Source: an uncultured Candidatus Rokubacteria bacterium (GTDB lineage Bacteria; Methylomirabilota; Methylomirabilia; Rokubacteriales; DASRDR01). From it: a stretch of DNA of 24,067 nt. The position numbers and the translations under genes were made by a program. Positions 10,645 through 21,261 of this stretch are shown piece by piece (within the stretch, counting starts at the first letter, position 1; each line of letters begins with the position of its first letter). The DNA lies in NCBI GenBank assembly GCA_963708025.1, contig CAVPSB010000027.1, positions 1 through 24,067 on the forward strand, in the 5' to 3' direction. Below the pieces are notes generated by a model. It worked only from the letters and a program-made list of their open reading frames with translations. It was not told where the DNA came from and did no database searches.

Positions 10645-12335
10645 GTGCGTATTCCTCGGCGCGGCTCCAATCGCGCTCCTCGTGCTGTCTCGCCTTGGCC
10701 CTGGCGGTCGCCGTCGCGGGCGCAGCCGTGTTGGCAGGATGCGCAAGCAGCAGCACGACCACGACGAGCGTCTCCGCCGGCCTCCACCACGTCATGACCG
10801 CCGGTCCGGGCACCGCTCGACGACCTCCACCCGGGATGACCTCAACGACCATCCGATACGCGACCACCGAGTCGACGGTCGAAACGATCGTTGAGAAGCC
10901 CGCCAAGCCCCCGGCGGACATCCTTCACTTCTCGTGGGACGGCCCAAGGCGATACTGGGCGCCTGACATGGCGGATGACCTTTCGGGAGCCGACAAGGAC
11001 TTCAGGCCCGAAGGGGCTCGGATCGTCGGCGATCCGCTTTCTCTCGCAACCGGGCGAAGCCGTGGACTTCATCTCGGCCACGGGCGAGGACGGCAAGCTG
11101 GTGGTCTTCTCCCTGTTCTCCGAAGCGGACTCCCGCGGGCGGACGGTCGTGACGTGCCCCGGCTCCGACCGGCCGGCCCCTGCGCGAGCTACTCGGGGGC
11201 CGGGCCTTCAACAATCCGGTCGCCGCGAGCGGGACCGGCACCGACAAGGTCGCTCCACGTGTTCGCCACCGATACCGCGCGACAATCTCATCCACTTCTG
11301 GTTCACAGCGGGCGGGCTGCTGGAGGCCGAGGCCATCAAGTCCGAGAGCCTGACCTCCGCAACGGGCGTCGCGGTCGCGCGCGTGGGCTCGGCGCGCGTG
11401 GCCAAGGACGGGACGACGCTCGAGGTCTGCGCACTCGACCCGGATGACGAACTGCTCTACTTCCGGCTGGCCTCCGGAGGCTCGTGGTCGGCTGAGAACC
11501 CGAGCAAGCAAACGGGGAGGGTAGCGAAGAAGGAGGCCACTTTCTTCGCCGACCCGCTCGGCGTCTCCGATACGACCATCGCCTCCTCCTGCTTGCTGGA
11601 CCACTTGCTGCTCTACCGCCGGCTCCCCGACGGCACCTGGACGCTCGAGGACATCACCCAGGAAACGACGACCGAGAAATCAGACCCCAAGGTGACTCTG
11701 GGCGGCTGGCTGTCGTGGTGGGACTGGGACAGCGGCGAGTACTGGGATCCCGTCGCAGTTCCGGCATCCGCTCGCCATCCTCACGACCGAGGGCCATTTC
11801 CAGCTTCTCGGAGCGGGCGTCGACGGACGCGCCCTGGAAGGTGACGGATGTGTCCGCGTCTGACGGGCGTGACCTTCGCCGCCGACGGCGGTGGCGCATT
11901 CGATCATCCGAGTCCACACTCCCCCGGGCGGCTCGTCCAAGGAAGCCCATTTCGCCGGGGTCGACAAGGCGCAGAACCTGATCCACTTCTGGCGTGACGC
12001 CAAGGGGAAATGGCACACCGAGGATCTCACTGCCAAGACCCGCCAGAAGTTCTCCTATCCGCTTGGATGAGTCCGGCGACGACGTGCGCCGGGCCGCTCT
12101 CGGCACGTATGCCGCGATACACGTTCCTGGTCCCGTGGCCGCAGGCAACGATACGGCCGGGCTCTCTCGGAGTCGACCCGGATGGACGGCTTATCGTTCT
12201 CTGGGCGCCATCGTCGGGTGGCGAGTGGCAGGTCTTCGACGCGACCGCCGCCATGGGCTACAGGGTGCGGGGACCGGATCTCGTCTGGAGCGATCCCTTC
12301 TGGGGAACGACCTGGTGATGGCCGGGAGCAAGTAG
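10645..12335 (+). CDS. Hypothetical lipoprotein with Ser/Thr linker and tandem Trp-containing repeats (beta-propeller/lectin-like); frameshifted
   Basis: GGAGG RBS, lipobox VLAG-C, STTTTS linker, and repeated units such as HVFATD..DNLIHFW, EVCALDPDDELLYF..W, HFAGVDKAQNLIHFW..KWHTEDLT. Confidence 0.65.
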
Positions 12336-12492
12336 GGCGTGCCGCGACCGCGGCTCGGCGGCGCGGCCGCGGCGCGCGCGCCGCTCGCGCCGTCCCGCAG
12401 GACTTCGCGCTACCATGGCCAATGAGAGAAGATTGTCCGCGTGCCCGCAGCCGCTCGCGCCGAGGCGGGCACGACGAAACCAAGGAGGAGCC

Positions 12493-12795
12493 ATGAAAGA
12501 AGTCCCCGGGCTCTACGCCGAATTCCGCGCGCAATTCCCCGAGATCGTCGAGAAGAACGAAGAACTGGGCCGCATGGTGCACGACCAAGGCCCGCTCGAC
12601 GAGAAGACCCGGGCGCTGGTCAAGATCGGCATCGCGGCGGCCAGCCTGCACCTGACCTCGGTCACCACCCAGGTCGCCCGGGCCCGCGAGGCCGGGGCCA
12701 CCGAGGACGAGATCATGCACGCCCTGCTTCTCGTCATCCCCACCTGCGGCTTCCCGACCTTCATGCAGGCCTACCGCGAGTACAAGGGCGAGTGA
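12493..12795 (+). CDS. Carboxymuconolactone decarboxylase (CMD/AhpD-like) family protein
   Basis: Strong RBS AAGGAGG. GPLDEKTRALVKIGIA, AREAGATEDEI and PTCGFP motifs. No CxxC. Confidence 0.9.
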   Translation: MKEVPGLYAEFRAQFPEIVEKNEELGRMVHDQGPLDEKTRALVKIGIAAASLHLTSVTTQVARAREAGATEDEIMHALLLVIPTCGFPTFMQAYREYKGE

Positions 12796-12798
12796 GCC

Positions 12799-15700
12799 AT
12801 GTCCCGAGCGGCCGACGAGGCGAGCGCGCCGGACGAGCGCAGGCGGCGAGCCGGCCCGAGCCGGACGTGCGAGCCTCGCCGGAGCCCGACGACAGACTGC
12901 CGAGCTGGACGAGGCCTCGAGCCGGCCCGAGCGCAGAGCCTCGCGCCGACGGCGAGCCGGACGCGGCCGCCGAGGAACCCGCCGGCCGAGCCGCGCAGGC
13001 GCCGCGCCCAGGCGGCCGCCGACCTGCGGCCGCGGCGGCGGCGGACTGCCGGCGAGCCGGCGTGACCGCGCGTCCGAGGCGGCAGCCGACCTCAAGTCTC
13101 CGCCCGACCTCGAGCCCCGCGTCCACGAGATCGGCATGCAGCTCTACGAGGCGACCATCGAGCGCGGCCCGGCCAAGGCGGCCGCCTCGTTACGTCACCG
13201 GACGGGCCATGCAGCGCCGCATCCTCGCCCAGGCCATGGCCGACCCGGCCTTCAAGACCCAGCTCTTCCGCTTCGTCGACGTCTACCCCAGCCTCCGCGA
13301 TTCCGGCGACCTGGTCCGGCACCTGCGCAGCTACCTGGGCGACCGTGGACGCCCCCCGCCCCCTCGACCGCCTGGTGGCCACCGACAAGCGGCGGCTCCC
13401 CAGTTGGGCGGTCACCCGTCTGACCGAGCGGGGCATGCAGCGCATGGCCGAGACCCTCATCGCCGGCCGCGACGCCACCGACGCCCTCCCCACCCTGAAG
13501 CGCCTGCGCCGCCGCCACACCGGCTTCACCCTCGACATCCTGGGCGAGGCCTGCCTCAGCGAGGCCGAGGCGGAGGAGTACGCCCGCCGCTACCACGACC
13601 TGCTCGACTACCTGCCGCCGCAAGGTCGCCCGCTGGGGCGACGACCGCGTCATCGACCAGTCGCCCTACGGCCCCGACCCAAGAGTCAACCTCTCCCTGA
13701 AGGTGAGCTCGCTCTACTCCCAGATCGACCCGCTCGATTTCGAGGGTTCGCGGCGGGCCCTGGTGTCGGCCTTGAAGCCTCTGTTCCTCAAAGCCCGGGA
13801 CAACGGCGTCTTTCTCAACCTCGACCTGGAACGCTTCGTCTACCGCGATCTCACCTACGCCGTGTTCGCCGACCTGTGCCGGGATCCGGAACTCCGCGAC
13901 TACCCGCATCTGGGGATAGTGGTCCAGGCCTACCTGCGGGACAGCGCGGAGATCGTTCAAGGTCTGGTCGATCTTGCCCGGGACCGCGGGACCCCGTTCA
14001 CCGTGCGTCTGGTCAAGGGCGCTTACTGGGACTACGAGACCATCATCGCCGCCCAGGAGCACTGGCCTTCGCCGGTGTTCCTCCGCAAGGCGGAGACCGA
14101 CGCCCAGTTCGAGCGGCTGGCGAAGCTGCTCATCGACAACTGGGAATGGACCCGGCCGGCCCTCGGCACCCACAACATCCGCAGCATCGCGGTCGGCATC
14201 GCCGCGGCCGAGGCGGCCGGACTGCCCCCGACCGCGGTCGAGATCCAGGTGCTGCACGGCATGGCCGATTCCATCCGCCGGGCGGCGGTGCAGCAGGGCT
14301 ACCGGGTGCGCGAGTACGTGCCGGTGGGCGAACTGATCCCCGGCATGGCCTACCTGGTCCGCCGCCTGCTGGAGAACACCGCGAACGAGTCCTTCTTGCG
14401 CCTCACCTTCGCCCAGCACGAGGACCCGGAGACGCTGCTGGCGCCGCCGGCGGCGAAGTCGGCGGCCGAGGCAGCCGCGCGGCCCACCGCGGCCGGCCCG
14501 CCGAAGCGCGCGGCCGCCGGGCCGCCGCGAAGGCGCGCCGCCGACGGCGCCGAAGTCGCGGGCCGAGGCCCGAGCTGCGCCCCGTTCCAGAACGAGCCCC
14601 ACGCCGACTTCTCCCGGGAAGCGAACCGGGCCGCCATGGAGAAGGCGCTGGCGACCATCGCCGCGAGCGCCGGGCGCGACTACGCCCTGCTCATCGACGG
14701 CTCTCCGGTGCAGACCGGCGCGTGGATCACCTCCGCCAACCCGGCCCGGCCCGCCGAGGTGGTCGGCAGGGTGGCAGCGGCGGGCGCGGCCGAGGCCGAC
14801 CGGGCGCTCGACAGCGCCGTCGGCGCCTTCCACTTCTGGCGCGACACCCCGGCCGCCGAGCGGGCCGACATGCTGTTCAGGGCCGCCGCCGCCATGCGGG
14901 CGCAGCGGTTCGAACTGGCCGCCCTGGAGGTGGTCGAGGCGGGCAAGCCCTGGCGCGAAGCCGACGCCGACGTCACCGAGGCCATCGACTTCCTCGAGTA
15001 CTACGGCCGGGAGATGCTGCGCCTGTCGGAGGTCTGGCAGCTGAGCGACGTGCCCGGCGAGAGCGACCTCTACTTCTACGAGCCCCGGGGCGTGGCCGCG
15101 GTCATCGCCCCCTGGAACTTCCCGCTGGCCATCCCCACCGGCATGGTCTCGGCGGCCCTGGTGGCCGGCAACAGCGTGGTCTTCAAGCCGGCCACCCCCA
15201 CCCCCGTCCTCGGCTACGCGCTGGTGCGCATCCTGCACGAGGCCGGCGTGCCCGGCGGCGCGCTCAGCTTCCTGCCCGGGCCGGGCGGCGAGATCGGCGA
15301 CTACCTGGCGGCCGACCCCCGGGTGGACCTCATCGCCTTCACCGGCAGCCTGGAGGTGGGCCTGTCGATCATGGACAAGGCGAGCGGCGTCGCTCCCGGG
15401 CAGCGCAACATCAAGCAGGTGATCGCCGAGATGGGCGGCAAGAACGCCATCATCGTCGACACCGACGCCGACCTGGACGCCGCGGTCGAAGGGGTGCTCA
15501 TCTCCGCCTTCGACTACGCCGGGCAGAAGTGCTCGGCCTGCAGCCGGGTGGTGGTGCTCGAGACCATCTACGACCAGTTCGTGCGCCGCCTCACCCAGGC
15601 GGCGGCCAGCCTCAAGTCGGGCGACCCGGCCGACCCCGGCACCCGCGTGGGCCCGGTGATCAGCGCGGACGCCCGCGACCGCATCCTCGGCTACATCGAG

Positions 15701-16446
15701 ACGGGCAAGAGCGAAGCGACGCTGGTGGTGCCGGCACCGGCGAGCGGACGGCCGGCGCCGCCGGCGGCCAGCCGGCGGCGCGAGCCGAAGCCGACCTCGA
15801 GGCCGACGAACGGCACGCCGCGGCACCCGAGCTCGCCGCCAGATGGGCGGCGATCAGACTCGCCGGCGCCGCGAAGCGCCGACGCGCCGCGGAGCCGCCA
15901 GGCGCCGACGAAGCCCGGCAGCCGAAGCGGCCGACGAGGCGGCGGCGCCGACGCCGCCGAGCGGGCCGCTGGCCCGGCGACCGACGAGGAGCCGCCGGCC
16001 GGCCGACGAGCCGGAGCGCCGCCCGCCGCCGACGAGCCCGGCTACTTCATCCCGCCGCACGTCTTCGCCGACGTGCCTCCGGACGCCACCATCGCCCAGG
16101 AGGAGATCTTCGGCCCGGTCCTCTCCGTCATCCGCGCGAGCAACTTCGACGACGCCCTGCGAGCTGGCTCTCGGCGTCACGCTACGGCCTCACCGGCGGC
16201 CTCTACTCCCGCAACCCGGCCCACATCATGCGGGCGGCCCGGGAGTTCCGGGTGGGCAACCTCTACATCAACCGGCCGATCACCGGCGCCATGGTGGGGC
16301 GCCAACCGTTCGGCGGCTCCCGCATGAGCGGGGTGGGCTCGAAGGCCGGCGGCCCGGACTACCTGCTGCAGTTCATGGAGCCCCGGGTGGTCACCGAGAA
16401 CACCATCAGGAGAGGATTCGCCCCCGAGATCCCGCCGGCGACCTAA
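12799..16446 (+). CDS. putA: Bifunctional proline dehydrogenase / glutamate-semialdehyde (P5C) dehydrogenase PutA; frameshifts near both ends; low-complexity insertions
   Basis: FKTQLFRFVDVYP, FTLDILGEA, RLVKGAYWD, YLVRRLLENTAN (PRODH). IAPWNFP, FTGS, EMGGKN, GQKCSACSR, QEEIFGP, GNLYINR, QPFGG (ALDH). Confidence 0.96.
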
Positions 16447-16872
16447 GAGGCGGGTATGCCCGGGAAGCCAGAGAACGGGCACCAGGTGTTCCACTCGTTT
16501 GAACTCGGGATCGCCTGTGATCACGGTTGCGTCTGCGCTGATGGCGAGCGCCACAACGAATGCGTCGGCCAAAGAAATCGGATGCCCAGCCTTGATGTGA
16601 GCGGCGCCGAGGATCGCCGGGCGGTCCAGGTCGACGATCTGAACGGGCAACTCGTCAAGCAGCGCAAGCGACTCGCCCACATCCTCGACTCCCCTGCGCC
16701 GCTCGACGATGTAGCAGACCTCGCCGACACTCATGGCCGACATCAGCAGCAAACAGCCGCCTGCCCGCGCCGTTGAGAGCTTATCGTCAACGATCGAGGC
16801 TGCAGGCTCATCAAGCAGGAACGACAGAAAGGCGTTCGTATCGAGGATGAAGGCGGGCCTAGTGCGCTTCAT
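16443..16872 (-). CDS. PIN-domain (VapC-like) toxin; true stop probably near 16443 (indel)
   Basis: ILDTNA, GEV, ISLADAF, VITGDPEF (PIN acidic residues). The start overlaps the antitoxin 3' end. Confidence 0.88.
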
Positions 16873-17127
16873 CGCCGGCGAAAGCCTGGTACTTCCGCTC
16901 TTCGGCCTCAAGGTCGCGCCGGCGCTCTTCCAGTAGATCTTCGAGAAGAGGGCCCGCCCCTTCAGCAGCCCGCGACCTTCGTTGATGGGATCCTTGTGCG
17001 CCGGCACGAGCATGAGCACGCCTCCATAGTCGACGACGTGGACGGCATCCCCGGGCTTGAGCCCGTACTTCTTCCTCAGATCGGCGGGAATCACGACCCA
17101 TCCTTTGCTCGAGATCGTCTGCGCCAC
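16859..17127 (-). CDS. AbrB/MazE/SpoVT-family antitoxin; one frameshift near 16955
   Basis: ISSKGWVVIPADLRKKYGLKPGD (AbrB fold). The acidic tail LLEDLLEERRRDLEAEE..AH* is in a shifted frame. Confidence 0.88.
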
Positions 17128-17146
17128 TCCAGCCTCCCAATGCCCT

Positions 17147-17182
17147 GCGCGTTATACCTCCCGCACAAGAAGTATAACGCGC
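17147..17182. promoter_or_regulatory. Inverted repeat upstream of the AbrB-PIN operon; likely antitoxin operator/promoter
   Basis: Perfect 11-bp arms GCGCGTTATAC (17147-17157) and GTATAACGCGC (17172-17182), 20 bp upstream of the start. Confidence 0.6.
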
Positions 17183-17297
17183 GGCCGAGCGGTCGAAGTG
17201 AGATCCAAAGATGACGCGATCGTGGCGGCCGCCATCTCCGACTTTGGCCACAGCTTGGCGCGCAATGCGCCGGCGCTCCGCCCTGCCGCCGCGCCGG

Positions 17298-18261
17298 TTA
17301 GAAGAAGAAGTCCGGCTGCCTGCGCTTCTCGAACACGGCGCCCACCGTGTCGAGGATGAGACGCACGCCGTGGAGGGCCGCGAGCTCGCCCGGGTCGTAG
17401 CGGGGAGAGACCTCCACCAGGTCCATGCCGATGACGTTGGCCCGCTCGGCCACAGCCCGCAGCAAGGCCCTGGCCTCGTAGTAGGTGAAGCCGCCGGGCT
17501 CCGGCACCCCCGTCCCAGGGGCGATGGCCGGGTCGAGGCAGTCGATGTCGAAGGTGATCCAGGTGTCCACGTCGGGCTCCACGTCCTCGAGCAGGCGGCC
17601 GACGCCCGTACTCCCGCATCTGCTCCTGGATCGGCTCGCACCAGTGGGTGACGACCCCCCGGTCTGCGGGCCAGCTCGACGTTGTCGGCGGCGGTGTGCA
17701 GGCTCCGTATGCCGTACTGCACGATGCGGCCGGCCACCTCGTCCTCGTGGGCGCGGATGATGGGGCTGGCGTGCGTGAAGAACTCTCCCCCGATGTCGTT
17801 CCAGTAGTCCATGTGGGCGTCGAACTGGACGAGTTGCACCGGCGGGACGCGCTCGCCCCTCACCCGCTCGACGCCGAGGAGCAGGGGATAGGTGATGGAG
17901 TGGTCTCCGCCCAGCACGACCGGGAACAGCCCGGCACGCAGCAACTCCGGCCAGCCTGGTGCCGATGAGAGGGAAGCTGACCTCCGGCTGGCGCGGTGGG
18001 CGGGAGATAGACGTCACCGGTGTCCACGAAGCGCACACCGGCCAGGAGGCTCAGGTCCGCCTCGCCGTCCCAGAAGGCCTCCGCGTCCTCCCGGTAGGCC
18101 CACTGGCCGGAGATGACGCGCAGCGCCTGCGGGCCCTCCCGCGCGCCTGCGCGCCCGGTGGTCCCCTCGTCGTAGGGGACGCCGATGACCGCCACGTCGC
18201 CATCGGCGAGCGTGGGCTGGACGACGTATGGCGACCTGAGAAAGGTGGCCAGACCCGCCAT
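17298..18261 (-). CDS. Agmatinase/ureohydrolase (arginase-superfamily) protein; frameshifted
   Basis: GVPYD, RAGAREGP, LGGDHSIT, FDAHMD, TFDIDCLDPAIAPGTGVPEPGG, DLVEVSP. Confidence 0.9.
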
Positions 18262-18453
18262 CTTCGGTTGTCTTCCTCCTCTTGGCCGCCTGCCGAGCGC
18301 GAGCGACAGACTTCGACTCCTATCCTACCGAGCGCGGCCTGCGGCACAATGACCAACCGTGATAGCGGCGACGTCCGCGACGGGACTCGGCGGCTCGCGC
18401 ACGCTCGAGCGGCGCGGGGCCGCGGCCGCTGCATCGAGCGTACGAGGACTTCC

Positions 18454-18524
18454 TTGACGCTACCCGAGTTCCCGGTTTACGATATGTTTCGATATATCGA
18501 ATACCTACCCGTGATATATCGAAA
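18454..18524 (+). promoter_or_regulatory. Sigma70-type promoter with palindromic operators upstream of padR
   Basis: TTGACG (18454-18459), 18 bp spacer, TACGAT (18478-18483). Perfect palindrome TTCGATATATCGAA (18488-18501) and a second GATATATCGAA (18513-18523) next to the AAGGAG RBS. Confidence 0.7.
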
Positions 18525-18534
18525 GGAGCTACGA

Positions 18535-19191
18535 ATGAACCCCTATCGACACGAACCCTACGGCTGGCGCGGCCCCCGCGGCAGCTACTACGGACGCGGC
18601 AACGTCAAGTTCGCCATCCTCGACCTGCTCAAGGAGAAGCCCCGCCACGGCTACGACATCATCCGGGAGATGGAAGAGCGTTCGGGCGGCGTCTACAGCC
18701 CCAGCCCGGGTGTGATCTACCCCACCCTGCAGGCGCTGGAGGACCAGGACTTCGTCAAGTCGGCCGAGCAGGACGGCAAGAAGGTGTACTCCATCACCGA
18801 GGCCGGCCTCGCGTATCTGCAGGGGCAGCCGGAGCGCACACGGACATGGCCGCCACGGCGAGGCGCACCGCGGGCCGGGTCGCGCACCGAGCCGGCGGGC
18901 AGGACGCCGGCGCCGACGGCGAGGGTCAGGCCGGCCAGCCTCCCCGAGGGCGAGGGTCCCCACGGCCCGGAGGACCCAACTGGGTTCGCACCGGCCCGCA
19001 CGGGCCGGCGGCGTGGGGCCCCTGGTTCGCCTCGAGCGGCGGGCCCGAGCTCATGCGGGAGATGCGCTGGATGTTCGGCGACTTCGCCAGCGCGATCCAG
19101 CGGACGCTCGGCGATCCGCGAGAAGCTCAAGGAGATCCGCGAGGTCCTGCGCGAGGCGAAGACCAAGATCGACGAGATCGTGATGCGCTAG
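18535..19191 (+). CDS. PadR-family transcriptional regulator; internal indels in a low-complexity linker
   Basis: RGNVKFAILDLLKEKPRHGYDII, YSPSPGVIYPTLQALED, GKKVYSITEAG, C-terminal IREVLREAKTKI. Confidence 0.93.
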   Translation: MNPYRHEPYGWRGPRGSYYGRGNVKFAILDLLKEKPRHGYDIIREMEERSGGVYSPSPGVIYPTLQALEDQDFVKSAEQDGKKVYSITEAGLAYLQGQPERTRTWPPRRGAPRAGSRTEPAGRTPAPTARVRPASLPEGEGPHGPEDPTGFAPARTGRRRGAPGSPRAAGPSSCGRCAGCSATSPARSSGRSAIREKLKEIREVLREAKTKIDEIVMR

Positions 19192-19250
19192 CCGCGGGAG
19201 CCCCGCGACAGCCCGCCGCCGGCGCCCGCCAGCCGGGCCGGGTCGGGCCC

Positions 19251-19781
19251 CTATTCGACCAGCAAGAAGGCGTAGCGGTCCATCATCTGGGACGGTCGGT
19301 AAGCACCGCGATCGGGTAGCCCATCTTGCGGACCGTGCCGAAGACGTCGATCCCCAACGCCTCGGGAGTCGGCCGGCTCGATCCCGGGCGCCGGCAGTCC
19401 TCGAGTCGAGGGACACAATCCGGGCACTGGGAACAGGATGCCGGGAGTAAGCGTCAGCGCCTTGTGATAGCCGGCGAGAAAGACCGCCCGCTCCAGTTCG
19501 AGCAGCCGGGCCTGGATATCCTTCTTCCATGCCTGCAAAGCGTCTGGGCTGTCCCCGGCCTTCTGAATATGGACCACCGCGATCCGCCCATACTCCGCGA
19601 AGAACTCGGCGCACGCCTCCACCGCGGGAGCGTTGGGGGGACAGAAGGCCTGGTGGGCGTACCCGTCGCAGGCATAGATGCATTTCATCCGCACCCAGTG
19701 GGCGACGACGACCTCGGACCCGTCTATCCAGCGAAAATCATCAAAGCCTGCCGCAGCCACCAGCTGCTCCACGTCGTTCAC
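19251..19781 (-). CDS. DUF2284-family Cys-rich putative metal-binding protein; frameshifted
   Basis: VRMKCIYACDGY..CPP, LLELERAVFLAGY, and in a shifted frame RPTPEALGIDVFGTVRK. Confidence 0.82.
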   Translation of the reverse strand: MNDVEQLVAAAGFDDFRWIDGSEVVVAHWVRMKCIYACDGYAHQAFCPPNAPAVEACAEFFAEYGRIAVVHIQKAGDSPDALQAWKKDIQARLLELERAVFLAGYHKALTLTPGILFPVPGLCPSTRGLPAPGIEPADSRGVGDRRLRHGPQDGLPDRGAYRPSQMMDRYAFLLVE

Positions 19782-20009
19782 GCGACCCTCCAGTCACTGT
19801 CCAATCGATGCCTCAGCATACCGCGCCCGCGCGCCGGCCGCGGCGCCCGCCGAGGGTCCGGCCCCGGGGCTGTGCGGCGCCGTCGGGCGCGGGCCCGGGC
19901 GACCGCGGCGCCCGCCGGAGGAATCGCCTCCCACGGCTCGTACATGTGGCTGATGCCCCAGTGCTGCCAGCGCGGCCCGGGCGCCCAGGCACGGCCAGTG
20001 GAGGGGATC

Positions 20010-21023
20010 ATGTCCAGTCTCGCAGACCTGCTGCATGGTGGTGCCGCCGACCAGAGCGAGATCACCCGCGTGCGCGACGTCCTCATGTTCGAGCCGCCCG
20101 ATCTGGGCAAACGGCTCTTCCGCTTCGGCGCGCTGCTCGTCCTGGCGTCGGCTATCGCCACCTACGGACTTCTGGGCGACTCGGTGGCCACCGTCATCGG
20201 GGCCATGATCGTCGCGCCTCTCATGTTGCCCATCATGGGGCTGGCCTTCGCCGTGAGCATCGGCGATCGCAGGGCGATCGTCACTTCCATCCTCGTGGGG
20301 GTCGCCGGTATGGCGACAGCGGTGGCGGTGGGCTTCATCCTGGGGAAGACCGCGAGTTCCGCCTTCGACCCGACCAACAACGCCCAGATCATGGCCCGTA
20401 CCGCCCCCCGGCTGGTCGACCTGGCCGCGGCCCTGGCCACCGGCCTCGCCGGCGCCTTCGCAATCGGCCGCAAGGACGTCTCCGATACCCTTCCGGGAGT
20501 GGCCATCGCCATCTCGCTGGTGCCGCCCCTGACGAATGCCGGCATCCTGCTCTCCGCCGGCCGCGCCGATCTGGCCACGGGCAGCCTACTGCTCTTCGTC
20601 ACCAACTACTTCGCGATCCTCATCACCGGCACGCTGGTCTTCGGGCTGATGGGATATCCCGGCGTCTCGCTGGCGCCCAAGTCGAGCGGCAGCCGGCGCC
20701 TGGCCATCGCCCTCATCATCGTGATGGTGATCCTGATCGCCATCCCCTTGGGGCTCACCGGACGAGGAGTGGCCCAGGCGAGCCTGGCCGAGAGCCGAGC
20801 CGCCGATGCCACCAAGGCCTGGATCGCAGGGACGGGCTACAAGTACGTGTCGACCAGGGTCGAGGAGCAACTGCTGAACATCGTCATAACCGGGACCGGC
20901 GCGCTGCCATCACAACAAGCGCTGGAGCAGAGCCTGGCGGGGCGGCTCTACGGGATGAAGGTGCAGGTCCACGCGGTGCCGTCGCAGAGCTTGGAGTTCC
21001 AGACCGCGGCGAGCGGCGGCTGA
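20010..21023 (+). CDS. DUF389-family membrane protein
   Basis: GGAGG RBS. IATYGLLGDSVATVIGAMIVAPLMLPI, QIMARTAP, LPGVAIAISLVPPL. Frame intact. Confidence 0.92.
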   Translation: MSSLADLLHGGAADQSEITRVRDVLMFEPPDLGKRLFRFGALLVLASAIATYGLLGDSVATVIGAMIVAPLMLPIMGLAFAVSIGDRRAIVTSILVGVAGMATAVAVGFILGKTASSAFDPTNNAQIMARTAPRLVDLAAALATGLAGAFAIGRKDVSDTLPGVAIAISLVPPLTNAGILLSAGRADLATGSLLLFVTNYFAILITGTLVFGLMGYPGVSLAPKSSGSRRLAIALIIVMVILIAIPLGLTGRGVAQASLAESRAADATKAWIAGTGYKYVSTRVEEQLLNIVITGTGALPSQQALEQSLAGRLYGMKVQVHAVPSQSLEFQTAASGG

Positions 21024-21034
21024 CTGGTGGGTCG

Positions 21035-21258
21035 CTACTCCCGGCGGCCGTAGGCGCGCACCTCGAGCGGTAGCGAGCCCACATCCAATCGTGACCAGTC
21101 GACGACCTCTGAAGCCTGGTCGATATCGATTCCGACGAGATTGCCGGTGATGTCGAAGTCCAGAACCACTCCGGGACTACCTCACGGGAGTCAACGCTGG
21201 GCCTCTCCGCAAGATCGACATAGAGGGAGTCAGTTTCCGGATAGTAACTCAGCTTCAT
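21035..21258 (-). CDS. DUF2283-family protein; one frameshift
   Basis: MKLSYYPETDSLYVDL..SVDSREV, then in a shifted frame VVLDFDITGNLVGIDIDQAS; TAG at 21037-21035. Confidence 0.85.
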
Positions 21259-21261
21259 TTG

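Noticed and set aside
13556-15826. 756-aa antisense ORF and many other Arg/Pro/Ala-rich ORFs in the track
   Set aside because: Shadow frames of high-GC coding sequence with no recognisable motifs.
16177-17127. 316-aa AbrB-PIN fusion ORF overlapping putA antisense
   Set aside because: A single indel near 16955 joins the two genes. The antitoxin's own tail and stop (16859) and the toxin's ATG (16872) are visible, and the run-on into putA is likely another indel.
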